Source of the DNA: Clostridia bacterium
Lineage (GTDB): Bacteria > Bacillota > Clostridia > Oscillospirales > UBA644
DNA length: 64,000 nucleotides
Reading direction: 5' to 3'
Assembly (NCBI GenBank): GCA_017427285.1
Contig: JAFRTE010000035.1
Span: 6,038-70,037 of the forward strand
The number at the start of each line of letters is the position of its first letter. Within the stretch, counting starts at the first letter, position 1. Position numbers and translations under genes: made by a program. Of this stretch, positions 47,220 to 58,441 are shown piece after piece. The notes below the pieces were generated by a model that was not told where the DNA came from, did no database searches, and saw only the letters and a list, made by a program, of their open reading frames with translations.

Positions 47220-49838
47220 TTATTTCAAAGAATTTACCGCTTCGCAAAGCGCCTGAGCAATCTTTGAAGCGTCTTTGCCGCCGGCAGTTGCGCTGTCCGG
47301 CCTTCCTCCGCCTCCGCCTCCGCATATTACGGCGGCTTTCTTTACGATATTGCCGGCGTGAGCGCCGTTTTTAACCGCGTTTTTGCCGCATGCGCACGCA
47401 AAGCTTACCTTGCCGCTTTCCTTGTCTTCGGATGCGAGGATAATAACGGCGTTTTCGTCTTTTTCCTTTACCTTGTCGCACATCTCGCGCAGAATATCCG
47501 CTTTTGCGTCTATGACGCCGGAAACAACCGTGAACTTATCGGTCTTTTCGGCTTTGGCGATAAGCTCGTCAAGCGAACCGAGGGCGATTTTTGAGTTGAG
47601 CTCGGCAATCTGTTTTTCTGCGGCTTTAAGCTCTGCAGCAGTCTGTTCTGCTTTAAGGGCTATATCGTTGACGTTGCATTTGAATACCTGCGCCGTTTTT
47701 GCTATCAGCGCATTTTTCTCGTTTATGTATTCAAGAACGTTTTCGCCGGTTATCGCTTCTATTCTTCTTACGCCTGCCGAAATTCCCTGTTCGGCAAGTA
47801 TCTTGAAACAGCCGAGCATACCCGTATTGTCTACGTGAGTACCTCCGCAAAGCTCTGTGGATACGTCCCCCATTTTGACAACGCGGACCTTTTCGCCGTA
47901 TTTTTCGCCGAAGAGCGCGATGGCGCCCGTCTTTTTTGCTTCTTCGAGAGACATTTCCGTTTTTGTTACGGGAATAGCTTCGAAAATATGCGAATTTACT
48001 ATCTTTTCGACCTTTGCTATCTGCTCCGCCGTCATGGCTTCGAAATGCGAAAAGTCAAAACGCACGCGCTTGGCGTCAACGTAAGAGCCTGCCTGCGCAA
48101 CGTGGGTGCCGAGCACTTCTCTCAGAGCGGACTGAAGAAGATGAACGGAGCTGTGATTTCTCATTATGCTTACTCTGTTTTCTTTGTCAACTTCGGCGGT
48201 AACGCAGTCTCCCACAGTAAGTTCGCCCTCTTCGATATGTCCGTAATGGACGAATATCCCGTTTACGCGCTTTACGTCGTGAATTTTTATTTCCGCGTCG
48301 TCTTTTGAGATATATCCTATATCTCCGACCTGTCCGCCGCTTTCGCCGTAAAACGGCGTTTTATCAAGGACGATCTGTACTTCCGCGCCGGTAAACGCCT
48401 CGGAAACACGCTCGCTGTTTATAACGAGGGCGATTACTTTAGCGTCGTTTTCAAGAGTATCGTAACCGGTAAATACAGTTTTTTCAACGCCTTCGAGCGT
48501 TTCGTCGCCCTTCCATGCGGTGTCGTTTCCTCTTGCGGCTCTCGCTTTTTCCTTCTGTTCCTTCATAAGGGCGTTGTAGCCGTCTTCGTCAACGGTAAAA
48601 CCTTTTTCTTCGAGGATCTCGAGGGTAAGGTCAAGAGGGAAGCCGAAAGTATCGTAAAGCTTAAATGCGTCTTCGCCCGCAAGAACGGTCTTTCCTTCCG
48701 CGGTGAGTTTGTCCGTAAGGTCGGAAAGAAGAACAAGACCCCTGTCTATCGTCTGGTTAAACGAATTTTCCTCGTTTTCGATTACTTTCTTTATATAATC
48801 GGCCTTTTCAATTAGATCGGGGTACGCCGCGCCGCTTTCGCGGATTACAACGTCAACAAGCTCGCAGAGAAAATGGCTGTCTTTGATGCCGAGAAGCTTT
48901 CCGTGACGTGCGGCTCTGCGCAGAAGTCTGCGCAAAACGTATCCTCTGCCTTCGTTTGACGGAAGCACGCCGTCGCATACCATGAAAGTAGTGCTTCTTA
49001 TATGGTCGGTAACGACGCGAAGAGATACGTCCGCTTCGGGCGATTCCCCGTATTTTTTATCGGACATTTCGGAAAGACGGTTTGTAATGTTTTTTATCGT
49101 ATCTACGTCGAAAAGCGAATCAACCCCCTGCATTATGCAGGCAAGACGTTCAAGTCCCATGCCGGTGTCGATGTTTTTCTTTTCAAGTAGCGAATAGTTT
49201 CCGTTTCCGTCGTTGTCAAACTGCGTGAATACGAGATTCCAGAATTCAACGTATCTGTCGCAGTCGCATCCTACGTGGCAGTCGGGCTTTCCGCAGCCTT
49301 TTTCGGGGCCGCGGTCAAAATATATTTCGCTGCAGGGACCGCACGGACCCGAGCCGTGTTCCCAGAAATTGTCCTCTTTGCCCAGACGCGAAACGTGCGA
49401 CGGATCAACGCCCACTTCCTTCGTCCATATATCGTATGCCTCGTCATCATCCTGATAAACGGTAACGTAGAGCTTTTCTACCGGCAGCTTCATTACCTGC
49501 GTTACAAATTCCCACGCCCATGCGGTTGCTTCGCGCTTGAAGTAATCGCCGAAAGAGAAGTTTCCGAGCATCTCAAAAAACGTACCGTGACGGGACGTTT
49601 TTCCGACGCGCTCGATATCGGGCGTCCTTATACATTTCTGGCATGTCGTAACACGCTTTCTCGGCGGTGTCTGCTGACCCGTGAAATACGGCTTTAACGG
49701 CGTCATGCCGGCGTTGATGAGAAGAATGCTTTTGTCGTTCTGAGGTACGAGCGGAAAAGATTCCATTCTCAGATGTCCTTTGGACTCAAAAAAACTGAGA
49801 TATTTTTCGCGTATCTCATTAAGACCCATGAATTCCAT
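47220..49838 (-). CDS. alaS: Alanine--tRNA ligase
   Basis: NAGM, HGTFFEMLGNFSFGDYFK, DTGMGLER, editing ELCGGTH, C-terminal GGGG. Confidence 0.98.
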   Translation of the reverse strand: MEFMGLNEIREKYLSFFESKGHLRMESFPLVPQNDKSILLINAGMTPLKPYFTGQQTPPRKRVTTCQKCIRTPDIERVGKTSRHGTFFEMLGNFSFGDYFKREATAWAWEFVTQVMKLPVEKLYVTVYQDDDEAYDIWTKEVGVDPSHVSRLGKEDNFWEHGSGPCGPCSEIYFDRGPEKGCGKPDCHVGCDCDRYVEFWNLVFTQFDNDGNGNYSLLEKKNIDTGMGLERLACIMQGVDSLFDVDTIKNITNRLSEMSDKKYGESPEADVSLRVVTDHIRSTTFMVCDGVLPSNEGRGYVLRRLLRRAARHGKLLGIKDSHFLCELVDVVIRESGAAYPDLIEKADYIKKVIENEENSFNQTIDRGLVLLSDLTDKLTAEGKTVLAGEDAFKLYDTFGFPLDLTLEILEEKGFTVDEDGYNALMKEQKEKARAARGNDTAWKGDETLEGVEKTVFTGYDTLENDAKVIALVINSERVSEAFTGAEVQIVLDKTPFYGESGGQVGDIGYISKDDAEIKIHDVKRVNGIFVHYGHIEEGELTVGDCVTAEVDKENRVSIMRNHSSVHLLQSALREVLGTHVAQAGSYVDAKRVRFDFSHFEAMTAEQIAKVEKIVNSHIFEAIPVTKTEMSLEEAKKTGAIALFGEKYGEKVRVVKMGDVSTELCGGTHVDNTGMLGCFKILAEQGISAGVRRIEAITGENVLEYINEKNALIAKTAQVFKCNVNDIALKAEQTAAELKAAEKQIAELNSKIALGSLDELIAKAEKTDKFTVVSGVIDAKADILREMCDKVKEKDENAVIILASEDKESGKVSFACACGKNAVKNGAHAGNIVKKAAVICGGGGGGRPDSATAGGKDASKIAQALCEAVNSLK

Positions 49839-49870
49839 GATTTTGATTTCCCCTTGATAATATTGAAATT

Positions 49871-50740
49871 TTATGTTTTAACGAATTGAAATACTCCGCA
49901 AAATCCTGCGGTTATACGTTTTTTCAGCTCCGGAAGAGCTTTTTCGGCTTTGATAGCGCTGTCAAAGAGCGCAAAAACGGTCGGGCCGCTGCCGGTCATT
50001 TCGGATGCAAGAGCCCCGAGAGACAGAAACTCCCTTTTTATTTTTGCGATTTCCGCGTTTTTCCTTTCGGAAACCGGCGCAAGCATATTTGAAACATATT
50101 TCCAGCGTTTTTTTGCGTTTAAAAACTTTTCGGTCGAGGGCTTCGGAAAAACGCCCTTTTCGTTTTCGGCAATTTCGTCAAACTCTCTGTATATCTCGCC
50201 GGTCATAAGCGGTCTGTCTGGCATTGCGACGGCAACGGAAAAATCGCCCAACGGATAATCTCCCGAAAGTTCTGTTCCCGTTCCCTCCGCTTTGCGGCAT
50301 CCGCCTTTTATAAAAAACGGAACGTCTGCGCCGAGCTTTCCCCCGAGCGATTCAAGTGTTTTTGCGGGAGCGTTTATCCCGGAAAGCTCGTTTAAAGCTT
50401 TCAGCGTTGCCGCGCAATCCGAGCTTCCGCCTCCAAGACCCGCTCCGACGGGAATATTCTTTTCAATGTGGATCTTAACGGTTATCCCGCTGAGCCCGAA
50501 TTCATTGAAAAACAGCTCGCACGCGCGGAAACAGAGGTTTTTTCCGTCTGTGGGAAGAGTCGGATCGGAAGACGATATTTTTATTCCGTTCTGCCTGCCG
50601 CTCCCTTTACGGTAGTCAAAAGTCAGGCGGTCGCAAAGCGAGATCGTCTGCATTACAGACTCTATATTGTGGTATCCGTCTTCTCTTTTACCGAGAATAT
50701 CGAGTGTGAGGTTTAATTTGGCATGTGCGGAGTATGTCAT
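49871..50740 (-). CDS. ispE: 4-(CDP)-2-C-methyl-D-erythritol kinase
   Basis: AKLNLTL, IPVGAGLGGGSSD, GADVPF, MTGSGPTVF. Confidence 0.96.
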   Translation of the reverse strand: MTYSAHAKLNLTLDILGKREDGYHNIESVMQTISLCDRLTFDYRKGSGRQNGIKISSSDPTLPTDGKNLCFRACELFFNEFGLSGITVKIHIEKNIPVGAGLGGGSSDCAATLKALNELSGINAPAKTLESLGGKLGADVPFFIKGGCRKAEGTGTELSGDYPLGDFSVAVAMPDRPLMTGEIYREFDEIAENEKGVFPKPSTEKFLNAKKRWKYVSNMLAPVSERKNAEIAKIKREFLSLGALASEMTGSGPTVFALFDSAIKAEKALPELKKRITAGFCGVFQFVKT

Positions 50741-50743
50741 TTT

Positions 50744-51907
50744 TCACCTCTTGATGTATTTTTCAAACCGTTCGACGGCTTTTTTCAGATGTTCGAGCGA
50801 ATACGCGTATGAAATACGGATAAATCCTTCGCCGCTTGCGCCGAACGCGCTTCCCGGCACGACCGCAACGTGAGCTTTTTCGAGAAAATCGTTGCAGAAA
50901 GCGTCTGAAGTATCTGCAAATTCCGAGATATTCGGGAATACGTAAAACGCGCCTTTCGGCTCAAAACACGGAACGGAAAGAGACTCAAACGCATCAAGCA
51001 GAAAACGCCGTCTCATATTGTAATTCTGTCGCATATTTTCAATGTCTTCGTCGCCGTTTTTCAGCGCCTCGATCGCGGCGTACTGCGAAACGGTAGGAGC
51101 GCACATTATTCCGTACTGGTGTATTTTCAGCGTCGCCTTCATGATTTCTTTCGGACCGCACGCAAAGCCTATTCTCCAGCCCGTCATGGCGTAAGTTTTG
51201 GAAAAACCGTTTACAACTATCGTTCTTTCCCTCATTCCTTCTGTTTGGGCGAACGAAAACGGATGTTTTCCCGAATAGTTGAGCTCGATATATATTTCGT
51301 CCGCAAGCACAAGGATGTCAGTATCTTTAAGTGCTTCGGCTATCTTTTCGTAATCCTCTTTTTCCATCAGTGCGCCTGTCGGATTGTTTGGGTAGGGCAT
51401 AATGAGAAGTTTCGTTTTTTTGGTTATGGCGTTTTTCACGGTTTCGGGCATTAGCTTAAACCCGTCTTTTTCGTATGTCGGCAAAATTACCGGCTTACCG
51501 CCCGCAAGCTCCGTAAGGGGAGCGTAACATACGAAACTCGGCTCGGGAATAAGGACTTCGTCGCCGAAAGACACAACGGAGCGGATAATATTGTCTATCG
51601 CTTCGCTGCCGCCTACGGTGACCGTGATCTCGTTTGACGGATCGTATTCAAGAGAAAAGCGCCGTTTCATGTAATTTGCGATCTCTTCCCTGAGAGGCAT
51701 GAGACCTGCGTTTGAAGTGTATCGGGTCTGTCCTTTTGAAAGAGCGTCAACCGCGGCCTGGCGTATATGCCACGGAGTTTTGAAGTCGGGCTCGCCTACG
51801 CCGAGAGCGATCACGTCCGGAATGCGCTCGGCAACGTCAAAGAATTTCCGAATTCCCGACGGCTTTAAATTCTTCGCCGTATCGGTAAGAAGCTTTTCGT
51901 AATCCAT
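50744..51907 (-). CDS. Aminotransferase class I/II
   Basis: GVGEPDF, PNNPTG, DEIY, SKTYAMTGWRIG. Confidence 0.93.
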   Translation of the reverse strand: MDYEKLLTDTAKNLKPSGIRKFFDVAERIPDVIALGVGEPDFKTPWHIRQAAVDALSKGQTRYTSNAGLMPLREEIANYMKRRFSLEYDPSNEITVTVGGSEAIDNIIRSVVSFGDEVLIPEPSFVCYAPLTELAGGKPVILPTYEKDGFKLMPETVKNAITKKTKLLIMPYPNNPTGALMEKEDYEKIAEALKDTDILVLADEIYIELNYSGKHPFSFAQTEGMRERTIVVNGFSKTYAMTGWRIGFACGPKEIMKATLKIHQYGIMCAPTVSQYAAIEALKNGDEDIENMRQNYNMRRRFLLDAFESLSVPCFEPKGAFYVFPNISEFADTSDAFCNDFLEKAHVAVVPGSAFGASGEGFIRISYAYSLEHLKKAVERFEKYIKR

Positions 51908-51913
51908 ATCAGA

Positions 51914-52405
51914 CTAAAACTCCGCCATTACTCTCGTATCTTTTTCTCTCTCGCCGAATATAAGGCCCTTGTCTTTGTATTTATTCAGAACAAAATGGGT
52001 CGCCGTTCCGGTAACGCCGTCTATTACGGCGAGTTTTTCAACAACGAAAAGCGCGACCTCGCGCATGCTTTTGCCCTCGAGCATTACGGCAAGGTCGAAA
52101 CCGCCCGACATGAGAAATACGGAGACCACCTCGTCGAATGCACATATTTTTCTTGCAACGCTGTCAAACCCTTCGCCTTTTTCCGGCTGAACTTTTATTT
52201 CTATCATCGCCGAAACGTAGTCGCGTTCGGTTTTATCCCAGTTTATAAGCGCCTTGTAGCCTAGTATCGTTCCGTCGTCGATACATGCGGCGATAACGTC
52301 TGCGACCTCCTGCTCTGTAACGTCGAGAGCGTCGGCAATGTTTTTTGCCGTAAATCTGCAGTCGTTTTCAAGAAAGCGAAGGACTTTTTCTCTTAATCTG
52401 TTCAT
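51914..52405 (-). CDS. Lrp/AsnC family transcriptional regulator
   Basis: N-terminal HTH, LMSGGFDL, TATHFVL; usual pairing with the downstream aminotransferase. Confidence 0.9.
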   Translation of the reverse strand: MNRLREKVLRFLENDCRFTAKNIADALDVTEQEVADVIAACIDDGTILGYKALINWDKTERDYVSAMIEIKVQPEKGEGFDSVARKICAFDEVVSVFLMSGGFDLAVMLEGKSMREVALFVVEKLAVIDGVTGTATHFVLNKYKDKGLIFGEREKDTRVMAEF

Positions 52406-52437
52406 TTTACTCAATTCCTTTCGGGAAAAGCGTTCGG

Positions 52438-53247
52438 TTATATTTTATGAAAAACGGGTATCTGCTTTTCAAACGTTGCAACTTCAAAAAAACCTGCCTG
52501 CTTTATCATTTCATACGCCTTATCAATGCCGAGACCGACTTTGTCCGTGCGGTGTGCGTCGCTGCCGACGGTTACGATTTTCCCTCCGAGATCTTTAAAC
52601 ATAGCGGCGTATTTCAGACCGGGAACGAAATCGCCGTATTTATCGTTCAGCGCGCTCGTATTTATTTCAAGCCCGATATCCTTTTTTGCGCAAAGCTCCA
52701 GAACGGCGTATATCTGCTCGTCGAAAAGGGACATATCAACGCTCATTCCGGCGCGGTAAATATATCTTACGGGGTAGTAAAGATGCGAAAGCGAGGAAAA
52801 ACCGCCGAATGAAACAGTTTCGTAAAGCTGAGAGAAATATTCTGAAAAAAGTTTTTTTAAATCTTTTCCCTTATAGTCGATATAATAAAAATCAAGCTCG
52901 TTTCTCATGTTGTGAAGCGAACCGAGGATAAAATCCCAGTTATAGGCGGCAGTCATTTTCGCGGCGTATTCTTTTCCCTGCGTTGCCTGACCGAGCTCTA
53001 TGCCTATGTTTATTTTTATCGGTGAAATTTCTTTCAGTTTTTCAAACGTTTCGGTGTATGACTTGACGTCGAGATCAGGCCACGGCGTTTCTCCATCAGG
53101 CAGCGCCGCGTTGCCGTTGCACTCGCAGTGTTCTGTAACGGTGATTTCCGTCAGCCTCGCCTCTGCCGCCGCTTTCAGCATCTGCTCCGGCGTCTGGTTG
53201 CCGTCCGGAGAAAAAACGGTGTGTATATGGCAGTCTGATCTAAACAT
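52438..53247 (-). CDS. Histidinol-phosphatase HisJ family (PHP)
   Basis: DCHIHT, TEH, GIELG, GSLH, EINTS, GSDAH. Confidence 0.88.
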   Translation of the reverse strand: MFRSDCHIHTVFSPDGNQTPEQMLKAAAEARLTEITVTEHCECNGNAALPDGETPWPDLDVKSYTETFEKLKEISPIKINIGIELGQATQGKEYAAKMTAAYNWDFILGSLHNMRNELDFYYIDYKGKDLKKLFSEYFSQLYETVSFGGFSSLSHLYYPVRYIYRAGMSVDMSLFDEQIYAVLELCAKKDIGLEINTSALNDKYGDFVPGLKYAAMFKDLGGKIVTVGSDAHRTDKVGLGIDKAYEMIKQAGFFEVATFEKQIPVFHKI

Positions 53248-54382
53248 TTTCAATCGCTTTCAGAAGCTCGTTCGTCATATCGCATTTTTCCCACTTTACG
53301 CCGAGGTCTTCTCTTCCGAAATGTCCGTATGCGGAAAGCGGCTGATATATCGGCTTTCTCAGATCGAGCTTCTCTATTATGGATTTCGGGCGCAGATCGA
53401 ATACTTCGCGGACCTTTTGGGTGAGCGTTTCGTCGGGAACAATGCCGGTGCCGAAAGTATCGACGTAAACGGAAACTGGCTCAGCAACGCCTATGGCGTA
53501 TGCGACCTGTATCTCGCATTTTTTTGCAATGCCGGCCTTTACGATGTTTTTTGCGATATAGCGCGTCATATAAGCCGCGCTTCTGTCAACCTTCGTCGGG
53601 TCTTTGCCCGAAAATGCGCCGCCGCCGTGGCGCGCGTATCCGCCGTATGTATCAACTATTATCTTGCGGCCGGTAAGTCCGCTGTCGCCCTGAGGTCCGC
53701 CGATTACAAACTGACCCGTCGGGTTGATGAAAATGCGGGTGTCTTTATCGGTCATACACTCTGGAATCACCGGTTTTATGACCTCTTCGATAAGTCCCTC
53801 TTTTATCGCGTCGTAGCTTACTACGGGGGAGTGCTGCGCGGAAATGACTATTTCGCTTATGCGGACTGGCCTGTCGTTTTCGTATTCGACGGTTACCTGA
53901 GTTTTTCCGTCCGGACGCAGAAAACCGAGCGTTCCCTGCTTTCTTACGTCGGTCAGTCTTTTTGAAAGCTTATGCGCGTAATAAATCGGCATAGGCATAA
54001 GAGTATCGGTTTCATCGCACGCAAAACCGAACATCATGCCCTGGTCGCCCGCTCCGTCGCGGTCAACACCGAGCGCGATATCTGCGGACTGATCTTCTAT
54101 CGAGGTGAGAACGGAACATGTGGAGCCGTCAAAGCCGTATTTTGCGCGGTCGTAGCCGATACCGTTTATAACTTCTCTTACGATATGCGGAATTTCAACG
54201 TAGCAGTCGGTCGTTATTTCTCCCATTATAAGGACCATACCCGTAGTAACGCAAGTTTCGCACGCAACTCTCGCAACGGGGTCTCTGGCGATTATCGCGT
54301 CAAGGACCGCGTCGGAAATTCTGTCGCATATTTTATCGGGATGACCTTCCGTGACTGATTCGGATGTAAAAACTCTTTTCAT
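53240..54382 (-). CDS. metK: S-adenosylmethionine synthetase
   Basis: [35 protein letters not shown]. Confidence 0.98.
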   Translation of the reverse strand: MKRVFTSESVTEGHPDKICDRISDAVLDAIIARDPVARVACETCVTTGMVLIMGEITTDCYVEIPHIVREVINGIGYDRAKYGFDGSTCSVLTSIEDQSADIALGVDRDGAGDQGMMFGFACDETDTLMPMPIYYAHKLSKRLTDVRKQGTLGFLRPDGKTQVTVEYENDRPVRISEIVISAQHSPVVSYDAIKEGLIEEVIKPVIPECMTDKDTRIFINPTGQFVIGGPQGDSGLTGRKIIVDTYGGYARHGGGAFSGKDPTKVDRSAAYMTRYIAKNIVKAGIAKKCEIQVAYAIGVAEPVSVYVDTFGTGIVPDETLTQKVREVFDLRPKSIIEKLDLRKPIYQPLSAYGHFGREDLGVKWEKCDMTNELLKAIENV

Positions 54383-54542
54383 TCAATGTGCTCCTTCGGG
54401 TTTGAAAAAAAAACCGATTAGTAAAATTCTTATTTATAATAATATTTTATAATCAAAGATTATATTACTTTATATTATAGCATAAATTCCCGGAAAAGTA
54501 AACATCTTTCCCGGGAATTACATATATTTTTCGGATTTTCAG

Positions 54543-55907
54543 TTAATATTTTTCATAAAACGCCTTGCAGAGCCTGTCAAGCATGTAAATATCCGTTTTT
54601 GCAGCCACTTCGCAGGGCGCGTGCATCGAAAGCATTGCAACGCCGATATCAAGGACTTCTATGTTTCTGTCCGCAATAAACTGCGAAACGGTTCCGCCTC
54701 CGCCCTGGTCAACTTTGCCAAGCTCGGTAAACTGATAAATAACGTTTGCCTCGTCAAATATCGAGAGAAGCTTTGTTATAAATTCGGGGCAGGCGTCGGA
54801 TGCTCCGCTCTTTCCGCCGTGGCCCGTGTATTTGCAGATCGCGGGGCCGCAGTTTATGCACGCAGCGTTGTGTTTTTCGAATACTTCGGGATAATTCGGG
54901 TCGAAAGCCGCCGCAACGTCGGAAGAAATTGCCGCGGAATTTGCAAAGGCAATGCGGCTGTTGTATCCGTCGCAAAGCGCGAGAAGGAAATTGTTCATGA
55001 AGTCCGAGCGCAGACCCGTTACGCCTACGCTGCCTATTTCTTCTTTATCGGCAAAAACGCATACGCAGGTTTTTTTCGGTGTTTTTGTTTTAAGAAGAGC
55101 GGTAAAGCACGGATATGCGCATACTCTGTCGTCGTGTCCGTATGCGGCGATAAGACTTCTGTCAAAACCGACGTCTCTTGCGTTGTCGGCAGGCACAACG
55201 GTGATTTCCGCCGTGAAAAGGTCGCTTTCTTTTATGCCGTATTTTTCGTTGAGAGCTTTTAATACAAATTCGCGGATCTTATCTTTTTCTTCGCCGTTAT
55301 CGGGTTTTGAGCCGAGAAGGACGTTGAGTCCCTCGCCCGTAAAAGCAGTTGCGAGCGGCTTTTGCGCCTGGTCTTTTGCGAGGTGGGGAAGAAGATCGGT
55401 TATCATGAAAACGGGGTCTCCGGGATCGGAACCGATATTTACGTTAACCGAAGTTCCGTCCTTTTTGCATATAACGCCGCAGAGCGCGAGAGGCCTTGTT
55501 ACCCACTGATATTTGCGTATTCCGCCGTAATAGTGCGTTTTGAAAAACGCCATCCCGTTGTCCTCATAAAGAGGCGCGGGTTTGAGGTCGAGGCGGGGCG
55601 CGTCAACGTGCGCTGCGGTGATATTGAATCCTTTTTCGGGGGACTCCGTACCGATTACCGCAAAAATGGCGGCGTGTTTTTTCTGGGAAAGATATATCTT
55701 ATCTCCCGCTTTGTATTTTTTGCCGTCTTCAAACGGTCTGAAACCTTCTTTTTCGGCAAGGGAAATTGCGTATTCAACGCACATTCTCTCAGTTTTGCCG
55801 TTGTCAAGGAATTTTTTGTATCCTTCGCAGTATTCCGAAACCTCGTTTAATTCCGCTTCGGAAAGCACGTCGAAGGCATTTTTTGCCTGATAGGAAAGAT
55901 CGCTCAT
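54543..55907 (-). CDS. M18 family aminopeptidase
   Basis: AHVDAPRLD, YYGGIRKYQW, DDRVC, DKEEIGS, SMHAP. Confidence 0.93.
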   Translation of the reverse strand: MSDLSYQAKNAFDVLSEAELNEVSEYCEGYKKFLDNGKTERMCVEYAISLAEKEGFRPFEDGKKYKAGDKIYLSQKKHAAIFAVIGTESPEKGFNITAAHVDAPRLDLKPAPLYEDNGMAFFKTHYYGGIRKYQWVTRPLALCGVICKKDGTSVNVNIGSDPGDPVFMITDLLPHLAKDQAQKPLATAFTGEGLNVLLGSKPDNGEEKDKIREFVLKALNEKYGIKESDLFTAEITVVPADNARDVGFDRSLIAAYGHDDRVCAYPCFTALLKTKTPKKTCVCVFADKEEIGSVGVTGLRSDFMNNFLLALCDGYNSRIAFANSAAISSDVAAAFDPNYPEVFEKHNAACINCGPAICKYTGHGGKSGASDACPEFITKLLSIFDEANVIYQFTELGKVDQGGGGTVSQFIADRNIEVLDIGVAMLSMHAPCEVAAKTDIYMLDRLCKAFYEKY

Positions 55908-56491
55908 TTTGTTCCTCCGTATATTGTATTTAATATTTTGTTGACTTGTTTTTTTGTATCCGAAAGAGTATTGTTGTAAACAACAAAATCGGAATGCTCT
56001 TTGAAAAAATCATCGGAAAGCTGACGTGAAAAACGCTGTTTTGCCTGCTCTTTTGTGATCCCGTCTCTTGTGATAACTCTTTCGAGACGTATGTTTTCAT
56101 CGCATAAAACGGCTATTACGTAATCGCACATCTCGTTGCCGCGCGCCTCGAAAAGAGCGGCTCCGTCAATAACGAATCTGTCGTTGCCGCGCCGTTTTTC
56201 GTCCTCGGTGATTTCTTTTACGCGGTTCATGATCGCCCCGTGCATGAGAGCGTTGAGCGCGGCTGTGTTTTCCTGCGAAGAAAACGCTTTTTTTGCAAGA
56301 GCCGCACGGTTAAGAGTGCCGTCCGAAAAAAGGATGTCTTTTCCGAACTGCTTTGCAAGCTTCGGCAGAACTTCTGCTGCGACATCGCGCGAAATAAGGT
56401 CTGTATCTATATGCAAAAAGCCGTGAGCGCAAAACATCTGAGATACAGCGCCTTTTCCCGCTCCGCTCGGGCCCGTGATACCGATCGTCAT
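55904..56491 (-). CDS. coaE: Dephospho-CoA kinase
   Basis: IGITGPSGAGK, LNRAALA, RVITRD; ATGA overlap with sua5 stop. Confidence 0.92.
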   Translation of the reverse strand: MTIGITGPSGAGKGAVSQMFCAHGFLHIDTDLISRDVAAEVLPKLAKQFGKDILFSDGTLNRAALAKKAFSSQENTAALNALMHGAIMNRVKEITEDEKRRGNDRFVIDGAALFEARGNEMCDYVIAVLCDENIRLERVITRDGITKEQAKQRFSRQLSDDFFKEHSDFVVYNNTLSDTKKQVNKILNTIYGGTK

Positions 56492-57522
56492 ACGTATTCC
56501 TCCGTATTTACAACTTTGAAATCGGAAGCCCGAAGCAGTCTGTTGTATACGGCGAGCCCTTTTCCTTCCGGCGGCGCGCATCGAACGAATATCCGCTCGC
56601 AGTCTTTTATTCCGTCCGCCTTCCTCAGCGCCGCAAAAACGTTTTCGGCAAGCGTTTCGGGCTTTTCGGGCAAGCCGTATGGGATAACGGTATAATCCGA
56701 AAAAATTTCTTCTTCGCCGTCAAAGCAGATAACGGCTGTTTTTTTGCCTTCCGCGCGGGCTTTTATGTATCTGAGCGAGGACTCTGCACTTCCTGTAAGG
56801 CATACGGTTTCGGCGGCGGGCGCATAGTGCTTATGCTTGAGACCCGGGGAAAGTGCTTTTTCGTTTTGAGGCAGCTTTTGCAAAACGGCATCCGCTACCG
56901 TTAGATCGGGAACGACCGTTCGCAGCATTTCGACCGTAACCGCTCCGGGGCGCAGAAGACACGGATGGTCTCCTATAAGACTTACAACGGTGGACTCAAC
57001 GCCGCACTCGCATCTTCCTCCGTCTATCGCCGCCGCAACAAATTCATTTCGGGATAAATCGTTTACAACATGTTCAAATCTCGTCGGTGAAGGCTTTCCG
57101 GAAATATTGGCGCTCGGCGCCGCGAGAGGAAAACCGCAAAGCGATATTATCCTTTTTGCTACGGGGTGCGACGGCATTCTTACCGCAACGCTCGAGAGCC
57201 CCGCGGTAACAGCGGAAGGAACGACCGTTTTTTTCGGCAAAATCACTGTCAGCGGGCCCGGCCAGAAATTATCGGCAAGTAAAAATGCGGATCTTGTCGG
57301 AAAACAGTATTCGGGAAACATTGAAATATCGCTTATATGTATTATCAGCGGATTGTCTGCCGGTCTGCCCTTCGCGAGGAATATCCTCTTTACCGCGTCT
57401 TCGTCAAGAGCGTTTGCCGCAAGACCGTATACCGTTTCTGTGGGGACGGCAACCGTGTTCCCGTTTTTCAGCAAACGCGAACACATCAAAAGATCTTCTG
57501 AAGAAGTTGAAAGAATAAGCAT
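56488..57522 (-). CDS. sua5: Threonylcarbamoyl-AMP synthase (Sua5/TsaC2)
   Basis: PTETVYGL, KGRPADNPLI, FWPGPLT, APSANISG, HYAP. Confidence 0.95.
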   Translation of the reverse strand: MLILSTSSEDLLMCSRLLKNGNTVAVPTETVYGLAANALDEDAVKRIFLAKGRPADNPLIIHISDISMFPEYCFPTRSAFLLADNFWPGPLTVILPKKTVVPSAVTAGLSSVAVRMPSHPVAKRIISLCGFPLAAPSANISGKPSPTRFEHVVNDLSRNEFVAAAIDGGRCECGVESTVVSLIGDHPCLLRPGAVTVEMLRTVVPDLTVADAVLQKLPQNEKALSPGLKHKHYAPAAETVCLTGSAESSLRYIKARAEGKKTAVICFDGEEEIFSDYTVIPYGLPEKPETLAENVFAALRKADGIKDCERIFVRCAPPEGKGLAVYNRLLRASDFKVVNTEEYV

Positions 57523-57717
57523 AATCTTCCCCCGAAACGGATAAATAAAAGAAAAACCTTTACGGCCGTTTTTCCGGCAATGAAAATTTATACGGTTAGT
57601 ATATCACAACGCGGGCGTTTTTTCAAGTGTAAATACGTATTTTTATCGGACATTTTTAAGTTAAACGGGTTAAAAATGCAAACAAATGTCAACTTTTATT
57701 GCCGTCGCATTTTTTAC

Positions 57718-57746
57718 TTGACAAATAGTGAAATTGAGATTATAAT
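57718..57746 (+). promoter_or_regulatory. sigmaA promoter
   Basis: TTGACA-17-TATAAT. Confidence 0.7.
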
Positions 57747-57778
57747 TGTTTTACGGTTTATCGGAAAGGATGATTAAT

Positions 57779-58441
57779 ATGTCATATAAAATAGAGCTGC
57801 ACTGTCATACAAGCCCGGTGAGCGGGTGTTCAAACATGAAAGGTCAGGATCTTGTAAGATACTATGCGCAGGCGGGATACTCGGCGGTACATATAACCGA
57901 CCATTTTACCCCCTGGTTTTTTGCCGAACAGGATTTTACCGATTATCTTTACGGATATCACGCGGCGAAAAAGGCCGGAGAAAAGCTCGGAGTAAAGGTA
58001 TATCTCGGCGCCGAACTGCGCTATGAAAGCAATCCTAACGACTATCTTCTTTTCGGGGTAACAGAAGATTTTCTCAAAGGCGCAAAAGAGCTTTTGAAAA
58101 GCACGTATCCCGAGATCTTCGCTTATTGCAGACAAAACGGAGTGCTCATATACCAGGCGCATCCTTTCAGAGACGGTATGCTTGAGACTCCTCCCGAAAT
58201 GCTTGACGGAATAGAAGGATACAATATGCACCCGCACCACCGTTCGAGAAACGAAAAGGCGATCGCATACGCGGAAAAGCACGGTCTTAACTATCTTTCC
58301 GGCTCGGACGCCCATTCAAAGGAAATGGTGGGAAGAGGCGGAATAATATCGGATACTCTTCCGGAAGACTCAAAAGGCCTCAGAGACCTTATTCTCAGCG
58401 GAAAATACGAACTTTATCACGAAGGAGAAGTGGTGGAATAA
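57779..58441 (+). CDS. PHP domain phosphoesterase
   Basis: ELHCHT, ITDH, AHPFR, GSDAH. Confidence 0.9.
   Translation: MSYKIELHCHTSPVSGCSNMKGQDLVRYYAQAGYSAVHITDHFTPWFFAEQDFTDYLYGYHAAKKAGEKLGVKVYLGAELRYESNPNDYLLFGVTEDFLKGAKELLKSTYPEIFAYCRQNGVLIYQAHPFRDGMLETPPEMLDGIEGYNMHPHHRSRNEKAIAYAEKHGLNYLSGSDAHSKEMVGRGGIISDTLPEDSKGLRDLILSGKYELYHEGEVVE

Noticed and set aside
49839-49870. T-box leader for alaS (and for trpS at 20187)
   Set aside because: Both genes are internal to operons with no room for a leader
53000-53965. 321-aa plus-strand ORF
   Set aside because: Antisense shadow of metK and the PHP gene
54383-54542. SAM riboswitch upstream of metK
   Set aside because: Short AT-rich region with only a hairpin and promoter; no S-box or SMK consensus
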